DNA of 64,000 nucleotides from assembly GCA_038087875.1 (NCBI GenBank), contig CM075993.1, positions 870,001 to 934,000 on the forward strand, written 5' to 3'. The position numbers and the translations under genes were made by a program. Numbering within the stretch: position 1 is the first letter of the stretch; the number at the start of each line of letters is the position of its first letter. The stretch is from Malacoraja senta. Lineage: Eukaryota. The notes beneath the pieces were generated by a model. That model did not search any database. It had not been told where the DNA came from and saw nothing but the letters and a program-made list of their open reading frames with translations. This document shows positions 24,615 through 38,202 of this stretch, piece after piece.

Positions 24615-25138
24615 CAGCGGCTTCAGACATGTGGAAACACCACCCCCTGCAGGAGCTCTGGCCAAGGTGCATGCTGTCCTGACTTGGAAATACATCACCA
24701 ATCTTCTGTCGTCACTGGGCTTAAGACATGGATCACCCCCCACCCCCTCCCCCCCTCCCCCAACGCCCACCTACCCCCATCCCACCCCCTCCCACCCACC
24801 ACCACCCACCCCCCCTCCACCTCCACCCATCCCACCTCCTCCCACCCACCACCACCCACCCCCCCCTCCACCTACCCCCATCCCACCCCATCCCACCCAC
24901 CATCACCCACCCCCCCTCCACCTCCACCCATCCCATACCAGCAGCGTAGGCAGCAGCTTCAGTACAAAGACCGCAGTGGTCCCAGGAGAAGTTCACCACC
25001 ACCGACTACTGATGGCATCTAAGCATGGTCGGACATGCTGGCTTTGCTGCCTACGTATCGTCAGAATGTCTCCAGACCACAGAATCTACTGTGTATGGCC
25101 ACAGTGCTTTCTCAGTCGCCAAAGCGGAGTTTGCTGTG

Positions 25139-25144
25139 AATAAA
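25139..25144 (+). terminator. Candidate SNX22 polyadenylation signal
   Basis: AATAAA about 525 nt after the proposed stop codon. Confidence 0.45.
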
Positions 25145-26477
25145 CTGTAGATCTTAAATAGATTTAAAAAATAATATCAAAGGGGCCTATTTAGCTGCAA
25201 GACCCTCCTTGCTTGTTAGAACAACACAGAGGGTCTGTGGCCGGGGATTGGTCTCCTGGGAGTGGGATATAGGGGAGTCCAGAACCAGGGGCCACAGTTT
25301 AAGAATAAGGAGTAAGCCATTTAGAACGGAGACGAGGAAACACTTTTTCTCACAGAGAGTGGTGAGTCTGTGGAATTCTCTGCCTAAGAGGGCGGTGGAG
25401 GCCGGTTCTCTGGATACTTTCAAGAGAGAGTTAGATAGAGCGCTTAAAGATAGCGGAGTCAGGGGATATGGGGAGAAGGCAGGAACGGGGTACTGATTGG
25501 GGATGATCAGCCATGATCACATTGAATGGCGGTGCAGGCTCGAAGGGCCGAATGGCCTACTCCTGCCCTATTGTCTATTGTCTATTGATGTCAGGGGCAT
25601 GAGTTGATCAGGTGTTTCTGGGCATGATCTAAGTTCAGGCTGCTCCAGGGTGCTGGGTGGTGGTGATGGTGGTGGTGACCAGCGGCAGGAGAAGACCTAT
25701 CTGCCCCCCTCAATCCCGCACCATGATAGCGGCACAGTGCATTGACTGGGAGCATCACGGCCTGGTGCTGTACACAATCCAGCTCTGTGCCTCGATCCTC
25801 GGTGTTGTCCTGGGACCCCCCCCCCCCCGCCTCCGCTGCGGTACCTTCAGACAGTGATGGAGGTGGGCCCCCTGGTCCCAGCTCTCCCTCTCCCCCCAAC
25901 CAGCTGCTCCTGTAAACGGCAGGAACCCACCATCTGTCCAGTGATCCCTGGAGACACATCAGCAACGAGCAGCGATGCAGTGCAGCCATGCATGTGCAGC
26001 TAATTCCAGCAATCTCCGCAATGCAATGAACAAGAACAGTCCTGAGCCAGCTAATTGTCATTCTCACTCTCTACTCTTCAAGGAGACTTTTACTTTCAGT
26101 GAAGTGACACTTCAGTCGGGAGAGCATGGGGCTTCCCTCTAGAATCAAAGCTCAAGTCGTGTAAGTCAACCAGCCGGCTGCCCTACATACAGGTGCCGAC
26201 CACAACAGGCAGAGCAACTCAGCGGGTCAGGCGGCATCCGTGGAGGGAAATGGACAGGCAACGTTTTGGGTCGGAACCCTTTGTTTTCCTATCGATGCTG
26301 CCTGACCCACTGGGTTCCTCCAGCTCTTTGCTTGTAGCTGAAGGACCAGATTTAGAAGGTGTTTTCTGAATGAAACAAATGCTAGGCTAAATGAGCTGAA
26401 GCATTTCTACTTTGTCCTGTTCATTACCAAGACCACCCCCATTTTTATTTGGCCCTGTACACATACAACATTAGTAA

Positions 26478-26691
26478 AGGGCCTGTCCCACTTACACAAT
26501 TTTTTTCGGCGACTTGCCGGCACCCGTCATAGTCGCGACATGTCGCGGCGTGACGCCTGTATGGTGGTGAGTAGTCGCCCAAAGAGTCGTGCCTTTTTCC
26601 GTTCACCGTTGGATTTTCAACATGTTGAACATTTTCGGCCACCCGCTGCGACAATGACGGGTGCCGGCGGTCGACAAGTGGGACAGGACCT
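26478..26691. mobile_element. Harbinger-like MITE
   Basis: TIRs AGGGCCTGTCCCACTT / AAGTGGGACAGGACCT; flanks TAA and TTA. Confidence 0.78.
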
Positions 26692-29600
26692 TTAGAAACA
26701 CAAGCTGATCTAGCAGCTCGCCACAAAATCATTCCGTCATTCTGACCAACCAACTGTGGAATTCTTCTCTTCGTTATCCTACCCTCAGTCTTCAAACCCT
26801 CACTCCTCTCACACACCCTCCCTTGTACATCGCCACCTGTGAAGACTGGTGTGTGTTTCCAACCATAGCTGTCTCATTGGGAGCATGGATGGAAAGATGC
26901 TCGTCACCGCGTCCACTCTGTGTCGGCACGAACTACCGGTGCTGGTTTAAATCGAAGACAGACACAAAATGCCGGAGTAACTCAGCGGGACAGGCAGCAT
27001 CTCTGGAGAGAAGGAATTGGTGACATTTCGGGTGGAGACCCTTCTTCAGACTGAATCCACTCTGTTGCCTTCCATTCCCAAACCCCGGCCGTTATCTCCC
27101 AAGCACCTGGTGCCGTTTCCATCCGGGCTCACCAACGTTTAGTTTGGGTGTCAGGAGAAGGCAGGAGAATGGGGTTAGTAGGGAGAGATAGATCAGCCAT
27201 GATTGAATGGCGGAGTAGACTTGATGGGCCGAATGGCAACGTTCTGCTCCTATCACTTATAACATTTTGAATGCTGTCCCAGAAGCAGATCATTCCACTC
27301 TGGTGTATGACTGAAGCGTGCTGTGACTGGGCAAGACGCAAAGGAAAGCTGTGCATTCTATTTTAACGCACATGACAATTATAAATTAAACTTAAAAAAC
27401 TGATTAAGAAGGAACTGCAGATGCTGGAAAATCGAAGGTAGACAAAAGTGCTGGAGAAACTCAGCGGGTGCAGCAGCATCTATGGAGCGAAGGAAATTGG
27501 CAAAGTTTCGGGACGAAACCCTGAAGGAAATAGGCAACGTTTCGGGCCGAAACCCGGAAGGGTTTCGTCCCAAAACGTTGCCTATTTCCTTCGCTCCATA
27601 GATGCTGCTGCACCCGCTGAGTTTCTCCAGCATTTTTGTCTACTTAAAAAACTGAACAACTTCTTCTTAATAAAACCTACGACAATCAGTCAGAAGTAGG
27701 GTCCCAACCCGAAATATTGCCTGTCCATTCCCTCCATAGAGGCTGCCTGACGCACTTGGTATTTTACTCATGACTCCAGCATCTGCAGTGCATAAGTTCA
27801 TGTCATAGGAGCAGAATTAGACCATTCGGCCCATCAAGTCTATATTGAATGGCGGTGTTGGTTCGAAGGGCCGAATGGCCTACTCCAGCACCTATTTTCT
27901 ATGTTTCTAGGTTAAGAAGATGAGAGGTTTGATGTGAGAGGGAATACAATGAATAGGAACCTGAGGGTGGTGGGTGTATGGAACGAGCTGCCAGAGGAGG
28001 CAGGTACAATAACAGAAGACACTTGGACAGGTACATGTTTAAGAAAGAAGTGCAGACGCTGGAAAAATCGAAGGTAGACAAATATGCTGGAGAAACTCAG
28101 CGGGTCAGGCAGCATCTATGGAGCGAAGGAATAGGTGACGTTTCGGGTCGAGACCCTTCTTCATAGATGCATAGATAGGAAAGGTTTAGAGGGATATGGG
28201 CTTAGGTGGGTTAGCATGGCCGCGTTGGGCTGAAGGGCCTGTTTGTATGCTGCGTGATCTTACAGGGAGGTAAGTGATGTGTATGTTTGTGCAGAGTGCG
28301 CTGTTATAATAGGCGAGGCGTTGCTGAATGTGTTTATTTACGACGGTTCTTGGGTCTGCTCGGTTGATTTCAGTATGCCAACAAATCATACCAAAGTGAT
28401 CTATAATCAACAGAGTGAGGCTGGGCCTGGTGTTTCATGGATCCACCGGAAAGGCAGCAGAAGGCCAACATTTTATTCCACAGTTTGATTAAGCAGAGCC
28501 ACAATAGGAAGTAGGATCATTGGGCGATAAATATGGACAAACAGACCAGCACCTTCTGGACAGCCACATCTTCATGCAGATGCTGGTTTACACCATGCTG
28601 GAGTAACTCAGCGGGACAGGCAGCCAGCAGCTCTGGAGAGAAGGAATGGGTGATGTTTTGGGTCGAGACCCTTCTTCAGACTGATGTCAGGGGAGGGGGC
28701 GGGACAGAGATAGAATGTAGTTGGAGACGGTAAGACTGGTGGGAGAACTGGGAAGGGGGAGGGGACGGAGAGAGAGGGAAAGCAAGGGCTATTTGAAGTT
28801 AGAGAAGTCAAAGTTCATACCACTGGGGTGTAAGCTGCCCAAGTGAAATATGAGGTGCTGTTCCAATCCTATACATCTACCACGAACTGGCGGGTGCCTC
28901 TCCGACAGATATCTGGGCACTGATACCTGCCAAAACACCAATGAAGTCTAGAAACAAGGAACTGTAGATATTGGTTGACAAAGGACACCAAGTACTGGAG
29001 TAATTCAGTGGGTGGGGTACCATGACTCTGCCTGACCCACTGGGTTACTCCAGCACTTTGTGTTCGCCAATGAAAGTTAGTTGTATTTTCCACCACATTC
29101 CCCAGTTGAACCACTTCACCATATACGTCATTGCAAGCCCACGCCGGGCATTGGTGGAGTCCTGTTGCCGCTGAAGCTGTTTCCACGCTGTATGACTTTG
29201 ACTCAATCCTAGTGGCCACACAACACCTGAGATCAGCCAGCAGAGGTTATGTGGAGAAGGCAGGAGAACGGGGTTGGGAGTGAAAGATAGATCAGCCATG
29301 ATTGAATGGCAGAGTAAACGCAATGGGTCGTATGGCCTAATTCTGCTCCTATGACATGAACATATGAACTGAGCCGTTCAGCAATGTCCTTATGCACAAA
29401 TATTCAACTATTCCATTTGTGCAGAACCTCTGCTCTCACTAAAAACATCTCAAGCCACAAGAATGTTTGGATAAGATCATAAGGTCGTAAGTAATAGGAG
29501 CAGAATTAGGGCGATCGGCCCATCAAGTCTACTCCGCCATTCAATCATCTATCTCTCCCTCCTAACCCCCTTCTCCCACCTTCTCCCCACAACCCCTGAG

Positions 29601-30217
29601 TTTTGATGAGTTTGGATACGTTTTGATACTGAGCCAAGTGGAGTTAAGGACGCAGAAATCAGAGGCCTGGCCAGAGAGGTTTAAGAAAAGGCAGAAGGGT
29701 TTAGGCAGGGTGGAGGGGAGAGGTTTCAGAAGCTGGGAGACAGTGAGGTAGGTGTCCATCATTAAACAAGTAGAACTGAGGGGCAGAGGTTTGAGGGTGG
29801 CTAGTGAGAGAGGGCAGAGGTGGAAGAGGACAAGTCACGCATCAGTAATCACAGCTTTATTGGGAATGTAACCCAGAGACACCCTGAGGAACAGCCTACG
29901 CCATTTCCCAATGGCATCTAACCAATCAATGTCTGACAGTGGAGAGCCTGGTGTTTGTTTCAAGTGATTTATTCCACCTCCAGACATTTTTTTCTAACAT
30001 GTGATAAGGTAGATTTCTGGTTTGCTTCCAATCCACTGGGACCTCTTCTATATTCTATGAGACTCCTGGGCATACACCTACTTCCCCATCGAGTCAGTGC
30101 TCAGTAACCTAATTTCCTGCACCTACTGCGTGAGTAGGAATACAAGCGCAGAGATATCTCAGGTTTTATTTCCTTCTCTATCTTTACAACAGAGGAGGGC
30201 AGGCAAGCCATCCAGAC

Positions 30218-30515
30218 AGCACGGAAACAGGCCCTTCGGCCCATCGAGTTCATGCTGACCATCGATTACCCGTCCACACTGGTTCTATGTTATCCCACTT
30301 TCTCATCCACTCCCTACTCACGAGGAGCAATTTACAGATGGCCGATGAACCTACAAACCCGCACGTCTTTGGGATGTGGGGGGAAACCGGAGCACCTGGA
30401 GGAAACCCACGCGGTCACAGGGAGAACGCACAAACTCCACACAGTCAGCACCTGAGGTTAGGATCAAACCCGGCTCTCTGGCGCTGTGAGGCAGTGGCAG
30501 TGAGGCCACCTTGCC
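30218..30515 (-). mobile_element. V-SINE (HE1-like)
   Basis: Same family in reverse orientation. Confidence 0.75.
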
Positions 30516-30641
30516 GCCTGCATATAGAGCAACCTCATTAATCCCTTTCCCCAGTTTATTTCCTGTTGTATGTTCTTCCTTGCACGCACATCAATTGCCC
30601 CACCCCCCCCACCTCAATCTCCAGCCACTCACAACTCATAC

Positions 30642-30917
30642 TGGCACGGTGACGCAGCGGTAGAGTTGCTGCCTTACAGCGAATGCAGCGCCGGAGACCC
30701 GGGTTCAGGTACGGAGTTTGTACCTTCTCCCCGTGACCGCGTGGGTTTTCTCCGAGATCTTCGGTTTCCTCCCGCACTCCAAAGACGTGCAGGTTTGTAG
30801 GTGATTTGGCTTGATAAATGTAAACATTATCTCTAGTGTATGTAGGACAATGTTCGCTGGTCGGCACGGACCCGGTGGGCCGAAGGGCCTGTTTCCGTGC
30901 TGTATCTCTAAACTAAA
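30642..30917 (+). mobile_element. V-SINE (HE1-like)
   Basis: A-box head GGCACGGTGACGCAGCGGTAGAG, V-domain, CR1-like tail. Confidence 0.78.
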
Positions 30918-32231
30918 GATCCTCGTAAAATCCTGGATTAAAAGGTCAGCAGTTGACCAAGTCTAGCTGGTGGGAGAGTTGAGAAAGGCTGTACTACTGC
31001 GAAGTGTGGAACTGTGTACACAAACTAACAGCATGAACGGGAGAAGCATCAGAGGGTTAAGCAGCTGGAAGTGACTCCAAATCATTGCCTTGTAAGAGCT
31101 CATAGATTGACATTGCCAATGGCCATACTGATCAAGGCATCTCAGCAAACTGGCCCTGATCTGCTCGGGTTCAATTAGAGCAGGAATCAAGGATGTGAAT
31201 GATCTCAGGCCTGTGGCAATGTCGGCACAGTTGCAGTTGGATTGAGGTGGTGGATGAAGCTGAGTCATTTCTTGTATCCCGATGACTCTTCACGCTGCTT
31301 CAGCCTAGTTCAAGTGCTTCTTCTCAGCTTGCCTTCAGTAATGCATGCTGACAGCACATCCAAAAGCAAACCTTAGTTAATAGCAAGCAATTCCCAGTGG
31401 CTTCATTTATCCTCCCATTAACAAGAGGAGATCATTTAAGGATACCCAACCTCCATCGTGAGGTGTGTCCCACAGCCCTTGTTAAATTGCACCAATGTTA
31501 TACACGTTGCCCCAACACTGACCCTGGTTGTCACGTGGTTGTCACGGGATCCACCTGCTCCACACGTCCCAAAGAATGCATGTATCCAGGGTCGGGCAAT
31601 CAAGAACCAGAGGGCATAGGTCAAAGGTGAGAGGGGAAAGAACCCGAAGGGCAACTGTTTCACAGAGAGGGTACTGTATATCTACAAGCAGCTGCCTGGG
31701 GAGGTAGTTGAGGCAGATATCACAACAACATGTAGAGGACATTTGGACAGGTGTAGGGATAGGAAAGGTTAAGAGGGAGATGGGCCAAACACAGGCAGGT
31801 GGGACTAGACTAGATGGGGCATGTGGGGCGGACAAGTTGGGCCGAAGGGCCAGTTTCCGTGCTATGATGCAGTTCTCTGGCAGGGTTACAACTCAGCTTG
31901 ATGGGGAGACTAGTCACGTGTCTAACAAGAATATCCTCAATGCAAGTGCAGTCCATTACGGACCAGGGACTAGACCCAGCAACAGGGTTGGAGTCCCACG
32001 TAATAGCAGTTCCATAACGTGTTTTACACTGCAGTCTACAGTATTTACAGGACAAACATCCATCATCCTTCTGAAGCTGCAGAGAATTATTCATTCACAG
32101 TCACAACACTTTCACACATTCTGCTTTTTAATCAGGCCGTCTTGCCAACAGACACAACCTACAGGTGGAGTCGACAACACTCACAATGTACCTGTGGCTG
32201 TGGAACTCACCAGCTCGAAACCACGATGCAG

Positions 32232-33480
32232 CCCACCCCTCCCTGCTCACCCCCCTCCCCGCTCACCCCCCTCCCCACTTACTCCCCTCCCCACTCACCC
32301 CCCTTCCTGCTCAACCCCCTCCGCTGCTCCTCACCCCACTCACCCACTCACCCCCTCCCCTGCTCACCCCCCTCCCTGCTCAACCCCCTCCCCGCTTAAC
32401 CCCCTCCCCACTTACCCCCCTCCCTGCTCACCCCCCTCCCTGCTTACCCCCCTCCCCACTCACCCCTCCGCTGCTCCTCACCTCCTCCCCACTCCCCCCC
32501 TCCCTGCTCCTCACCCCCTTCCTGCTCAACCCCCTCCACGCTTAACCCCCTCCCCACTTACTCCCCTCCCCACTTACCCCCCTCCCTGCTCAACCCCCTC
32601 CCCGCTTAACCCCCTCCCCACTTACCCCCCTCACCCACTCATCCCCTCCCTGCTCACCCCCCTCCCCGCTTACCCCCCTCCCCACTCACCCCCTCCGCTG
32701 CTCCTCACCTCCTCCCCACTCCCCCCCTCCCCACTCACCCCCTCCCCCACTCACCCGGCCCCCACTCACCCCTCCCCCACTCACCCCCGCCCCCACTCAA
32801 CCCCCTCCCCCACTCACCCCCTCCCTGCTCCTCACCTCCCCGCTCACCCCCACCCCCGCTCAACCCCCACCCCACTCACCCCCTCCCCACTCACCCCCTC
32901 CCCACTCACCCCCATCCCCACTCCCACTCACCCCCTCCCCCACTCACCCCCACCCCCACTCACCCCCTCCCCCACTCACCCCCTCCCCACTCACCCCCCC
33001 CCACTCACCCCCTCCCCCGCTCACCCCCACCCCCACTCACCCCCTCCCCACTCACCCCACCCCCACTCACCCCCTCCCCACTCACCCCCCCCCACTCACC
33101 CCCTCCCCCCGCTCACCCCCACCCCCACTCACCCCCTCCCCACTCACCCACCCCCACTCACCCCCTCCCCACTCACCCCTCCCCCACTCACCCGCCCCCA
33201 CTCACCCCACCCCCACTCACCCCCACCCCCGCTCAACCCCTCACCCACACCCCCTCCCCCCTCCCCGCTCACCCCCTCACCCACTCACCCCCGCCCCCAC
33301 TCACCCCCTCCCCCACTCACCCCCACCCCCACTCACACCCGCCCCCACTCACCCCCACCCTCACTCACCCCCACCCCCACTCACCCCCTCCCCCACTCAC
33401 CCCCACCCCCACTCACACCCGCCCCCACTCACCCCCACCCTCACTCACCCCCACCCCCACTCACCCCCTCCCCCGCTCAG
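32232..33480. repeat. 1.25-kb C-rich repeat of (CCCC)ACTCA-like units
   Basis: Direct inspection; extreme C skew. Confidence 0.95.
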
Positions 33481-33957
33481 CCCGCAATGTAAAACACAAC
33501 CATGGTATGGATGAAACACGTGTGGATGAAGGGTTGGTCAATGATGTCTCCGCAGAAATGACAAAACGCCAGTTCTAGAAAGAGCAAAGATCTTGGAGGA
33601 AGTGGCCTGGATAGAACATTAATGCAATCATAATGAAAGCTAACCAATGCCTCGAACCGGGTCTCTGGCGCTGTGAGGCAGCAACTCTACCTCTGCACCA
33701 CTGTGCCACACTGCAAGTACTGGATAACAGAACAAGCATTTCACAGTAACTCTCGACCCGAAACATCACCCATTCCTTCTCTCCAGAGATGCTGCCTGTC
33801 CCGCTGAGTTACTCCAGCATTTTGTGTCTCCCTATGTACAAATATCTAAATATTTTCAGACATATGTGGTCACAAATTTAACCAAATCAACAAAATTCAT
33901 CAACAAAACTCTTCACGATTCAGAACAGCACTGAATTTCCATCCGAAGTTTCCATTA

Positions 33958-34275
33958 AAGGGCTGTCCCATTGTACGAGCTAATTCAAGAGCTCTCCAGA
34001 GTTTTAAAAAAATTCAAACTCGTGGTAAGCACGTAGAATGTACGTAGCGGGTACGTCGGAGCTCGGGGACGTCTCTTAGCGGCTCGTAACGCTAATGACA
34101 GGTACTCGGGAAATGCGGTAAGCTCGTGAAGACTCGTGAAGATTTTTCAACATGTTGAAAAATGTCCACGAGAGCCCCGAGTACCCACGAGCGGCTTTTA
34201 CCATAATTCTCCGAGTTCGAATCAGGGGAAACTCGGGAGAACTCTTGAATTAGCTGGTACAGTGGGAAAGCCCCA
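33958..34275. mobile_element. Harbinger-like MITE
   Basis: Extended TIRs (GGGCTGTCCCATTGTACGAGCTAATTCAAGAG / CTCTTGAATTAGCTGGTACAGTGGGAAAGCCC); TTA flanks. Confidence 0.78.
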
Positions 34276-37200
34276 TTACTCTGCACTGAGCCTAAATGTC
34301 GCATATTTAGTCTGCTATCTTCTCTGTAATTGTTGCATTAACATAATTAGCTCCATAACTTTGAACAAATAACATGCACGACACATTTACATAAACCTTA
34401 ATGCAAATATCTAATAGCTCCAATTGATAGCTACAACAAATACAATCATACACCTTCTGGGTGCAAGACTAATCATCATGAGCCTTGGTAGTAAGTGTCT
34501 ACACTGGCTGCCTTTATGCATTCTGTTTTACTGTTGTCTTGCATGTGCTGTGATATTAGTGGAGCAGGCCGCACAAACCTAACCCAGTAGCCAAATAGTA
34601 AGATGTTCATAGGTTCATCATTTCATATGGGGTTGGACAGGCTAGATGCAGGAAGATTGTTTCCCGATGTTGGGGAAGTCCAGGACAAGGGGTCACAGCT
34701 TAAGGATAAGGGGGAAATCCTTTAAGACTGAGATTAGGAAAAACTTTTTCACACAGAGAGTGGTGAATCTCTGGAACTCTCTGCCACAGAGGGTAGTTTG
34801 AGGCAAGTTCATTGGCTATATTTAAGAGGGAGTTAGATGTGGCCCTTGTGGCTAAAGGGATCAGGGGGTATGGAGAGAAGGCAGGTAGGGATACTGAGTT
34901 GGATGATCAGCCATGATCATATTGAATGGCGGTGCAGGCTCGAAGGGCCGAATGGCCTACTCCCTGCACCTATTTTCTATGTATCTATGTATCTATATGT
35001 GATAGGAGCAGAATTAGGCCATTCGGCCCATCAATGTAGCGGTGTGGATGCTGGATGTGCCTGGCACTATGCGAAGGCAGCCCTCTGACAATCACCACCG
35101 CTTCTCACTGGTTATAGCTGAGCTTAAATCGGTTAATTTATTGTCACGTGTACTGAGGTCCAGTGAAAAGCTTTTGTTTGCGTGCTAACCAGTCAAAGAA
35201 AAGACTATCCACGATTACAGTCAAGCTGTCCACAGTACACGGATATAGAGTGAAGGGAACAATATTTGGTGCAAGATAAAGTCCGATTAAAGATTGCTCG
35301 TAGGTCAGAACCACACTGGTAATCACACTCAGCATTGTACCCCAACATCATACAAGACTATAGGCCTGCAGAGACGCAGAGCCCTGCACAGGAACTACTG
35401 AAGATTTTATGCTCAGTTCATAACATTAAAAAAAAAACGTAAACTGGGTATGTTGCCACTGAAAGAACCAGTTTAATCAGTCAAAATAAATATACTGGTT
35501 TTACGATGGCTTCTGGCACGCTGTGCCCAGCAATGGTGAGAATATTAATAATGTATATTGAAAATGGAAGGAGGTAATAGAAGGTTTATGGCTGAACACA
35601 CATGTCATTTTCAGGGCTATGTTTTTCTGTACGTAAAACTGTCCCTTGGTAATGAAATGTGAGTCTCTAGTGCACGTGGTATAACTTTCCTCAGTCCGGT
35701 CACATCAGCAGCCATTGAGTCGTGGAAACAGGCCTTCGGCCCAACTCATCCCATGCTGGACATCTTAAAATTTAGTGCAGACCGAAGATAGGCACAAAAA
35801 GCTGGAGTAACTCAGCGGGACAGGCAGGCAGGCAGCATCTCTGGAGAGAAGGAGTGGGCGACGTTTTGGGTCAACAGCTATGGTGTACTATGATTCAAAT
35901 GTCCCATTCCTTCGCTCCATAGATGCTGCCTCACCCGCTGAGTTTCTCCAGCATTTTTGTCTACCTTCGATTTTTCCAGCATCTGCAGTTCTTTCTTAAA
36001 CACGGTTTACTATGGACTCTGTTTTTGATTATACCATGGTCTTCAGTTTTGCATTATTATCAGCGGGTTACCTTGTATGACTAATTATTAATTCATTGTA
36101 TGATTATTACATATTTATCTGTGAGTTGTCACATTTTCAGACCCACAGGCTGCAGCAAGTAAGAATTGTATTGTTACATTGGCAGTCCCTGTGCTAATTC
36201 AACACTCTTGACTCTAATCATCTTGCCGATCATTATAATCAATGGATGGATATTGACCAGCTTTCCTCAGTGTTTTCCACAAACAAATGAATCTGAAATA
36301 AGTCACTTCCTCCTCAAAACAGTGCAAATAATCTGCAATATTAACTGAGTTATGACAGTGTCACGGAATTCTTTGCACAAAAGATCATTCAGCTCAAGAT
36401 AGACACAAAAAGCTGGAGTAACTCAGCGGGTCAGGCAGCATCTCTGGAGAGAAGGAATGGGTGACGTTTCGAGATGAGACCCTTCTTCTGAAACATCACC
36501 CATTCTTTCACTCCCGAGATGCTGCCCGACCCGCTGAGTTACTCCAGCTTTTTGTGTCTATCTTCGGTTTAAACCAGCATCTGCAGTTCCTTCCTACACA
36601 GATCATTCAGCTCCAATGAGTTCTGTTCAGGCTCCAGACAAATCTATTCCACCCTCCATGGCGTCCAGCAGCTCCGTCACTGGGCGGCCTGCAGTTGGGT
36701 CAAGGGCTGTTATTGGGGCTGGTAGAAACTAGATGTGTAATTTTGCAACCAAGCACAGCTTCAGGCAGGGTGTGAATGTGGCCACAGAACAGATGCGGGG
36801 GCAGGGCTGGCGGGAATGGGAGAGGCGAGCTGAGCAAAGCTGTCTGCAGGCGGATGCGTTGGCACCAGCTCGGATGCGTTGTGAGACAGACAGATTGAGA
36901 GCAGCTCTGGGACAGTGCAAGGAAACAACAGATGGAAGGCAATGGGGAGCCAGATGGTAGATTGTAACACTGATGACCCCACAGAAGCAGAAACCAGGCC
37001 CACATACATCTCCTGGTTTGGTCCTGCAGAGTTTCAAACCACCCCCAGAGGCTCAGGGATCATCCTATTCTTTCCTCCGCATTGTCAAACGCTGCTCAAC
37101 AAATAATACGCGTCTTCATTCATCAGCCAATCCTTTGGGAACTTAAAAAATGGACAAGGTGTTTAATAAATCTCATTGCAATTCTACGCTCGAATCAGGT

Positions 37201-38202
37201 ATCTAACCCTCTTTACAATGTGAATAGCACTGATGATCCAGGTCGCAGTGAAAGAGAAAGATTTGTTTTCTATTGGGTATATTTAACAACCAAAGCATGA
37301 GGTGCCTTGCCAGGTATAGGCGCATATCACAACCTCAGTGATTGGGAGAGACAGTTCTGAGATTTGATTTCGAGCAGTGAAATGAAGCTTTGTATAATAC
37401 ACTCCATACTTAAATAGTTTATTGTAGTAAACTTGGACAACGCCAATCAGGACTAGTTTTTTTTTTCCATCATGGGACATGTGGATGTGTCAGGAGAGAG
37501 ACTGTGACACAGTCGCAATTCATCACTTTGGACATAACAAATGCAGAGAAGGATGAGTTTTGCCACTCTTCAAACAATGATCTTAATTATTTTATTTCCT
37601 TTCTGTTCAGGAACCAAATGCAGAGAATCAGTGGGAAATCGGACATCAAAGTCCCATTTAACTCCTCATCAGACGCGAAAATTTCCAAATATTATTGCGA
37701 TGGGCAGCACTGATGCTGTCTGCTGCTCTTAGTGCAGCAATCCCGCAGTGTTGCAAGGTTCCCTGACATTCCAGGCTGGGTGAGTGCAACAAATGTACAC
37801 AGACAAGGAACTGCAGATGCGAGTTTACATAGGAAAACACAAAGTGCTGGAGTAACTCAGCGGGTCAGGCAGCATCTGTGGAGAACATGGATAGGTGACG
37901 TTTCCCAGAGTGCTGGAGTAACTCAGCGGGTCAGGCAGCATCTCTGGAGAACATGGATAGATGACGTTTCACAGAGTGCTGGAGTAACTCAGGGGGTCAG
38001 GCAGCATCTGTGGAGAACATGGATAGGTGACGTTTCACAGACACAGTGCTGAAGTAACTCAGCGGGTCAGGCAGCATCTGTGGAGAACATGGATAGGTGA
38101 CGTTTCGGGCCAGCAAGTTTGAAGAAGGGTCCTGACCAGAAACGTGGCTTAGTTTAGTTTAGTTTAGAGATACAGCGTAGAACACAGGTCCTTCAGCCCA
38201 CA

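Noticed and set aside
24631..25143. 170-aa proline-rich ORF
   Set aside because: Low-complexity C-rich tract in the probable SNX22 3' UTR.
26082..26160. Exon-like segment (ttcaag...gtaagt) as an extra SNX22 exon
   Set aside because: Stops in all three frames, lies beyond the candidate poly(A) signal, no SNX similarity.
30642..30710. tRNA gene
   Set aside because: It is the tRNA-derived head of a V-SINE; no complete cloverleaf.
31708..33492. 594-aa Pro/His-rich ORF
   Set aside because: It stays open only because the C-rich repeat lacks stops; no domain or exon evidence.
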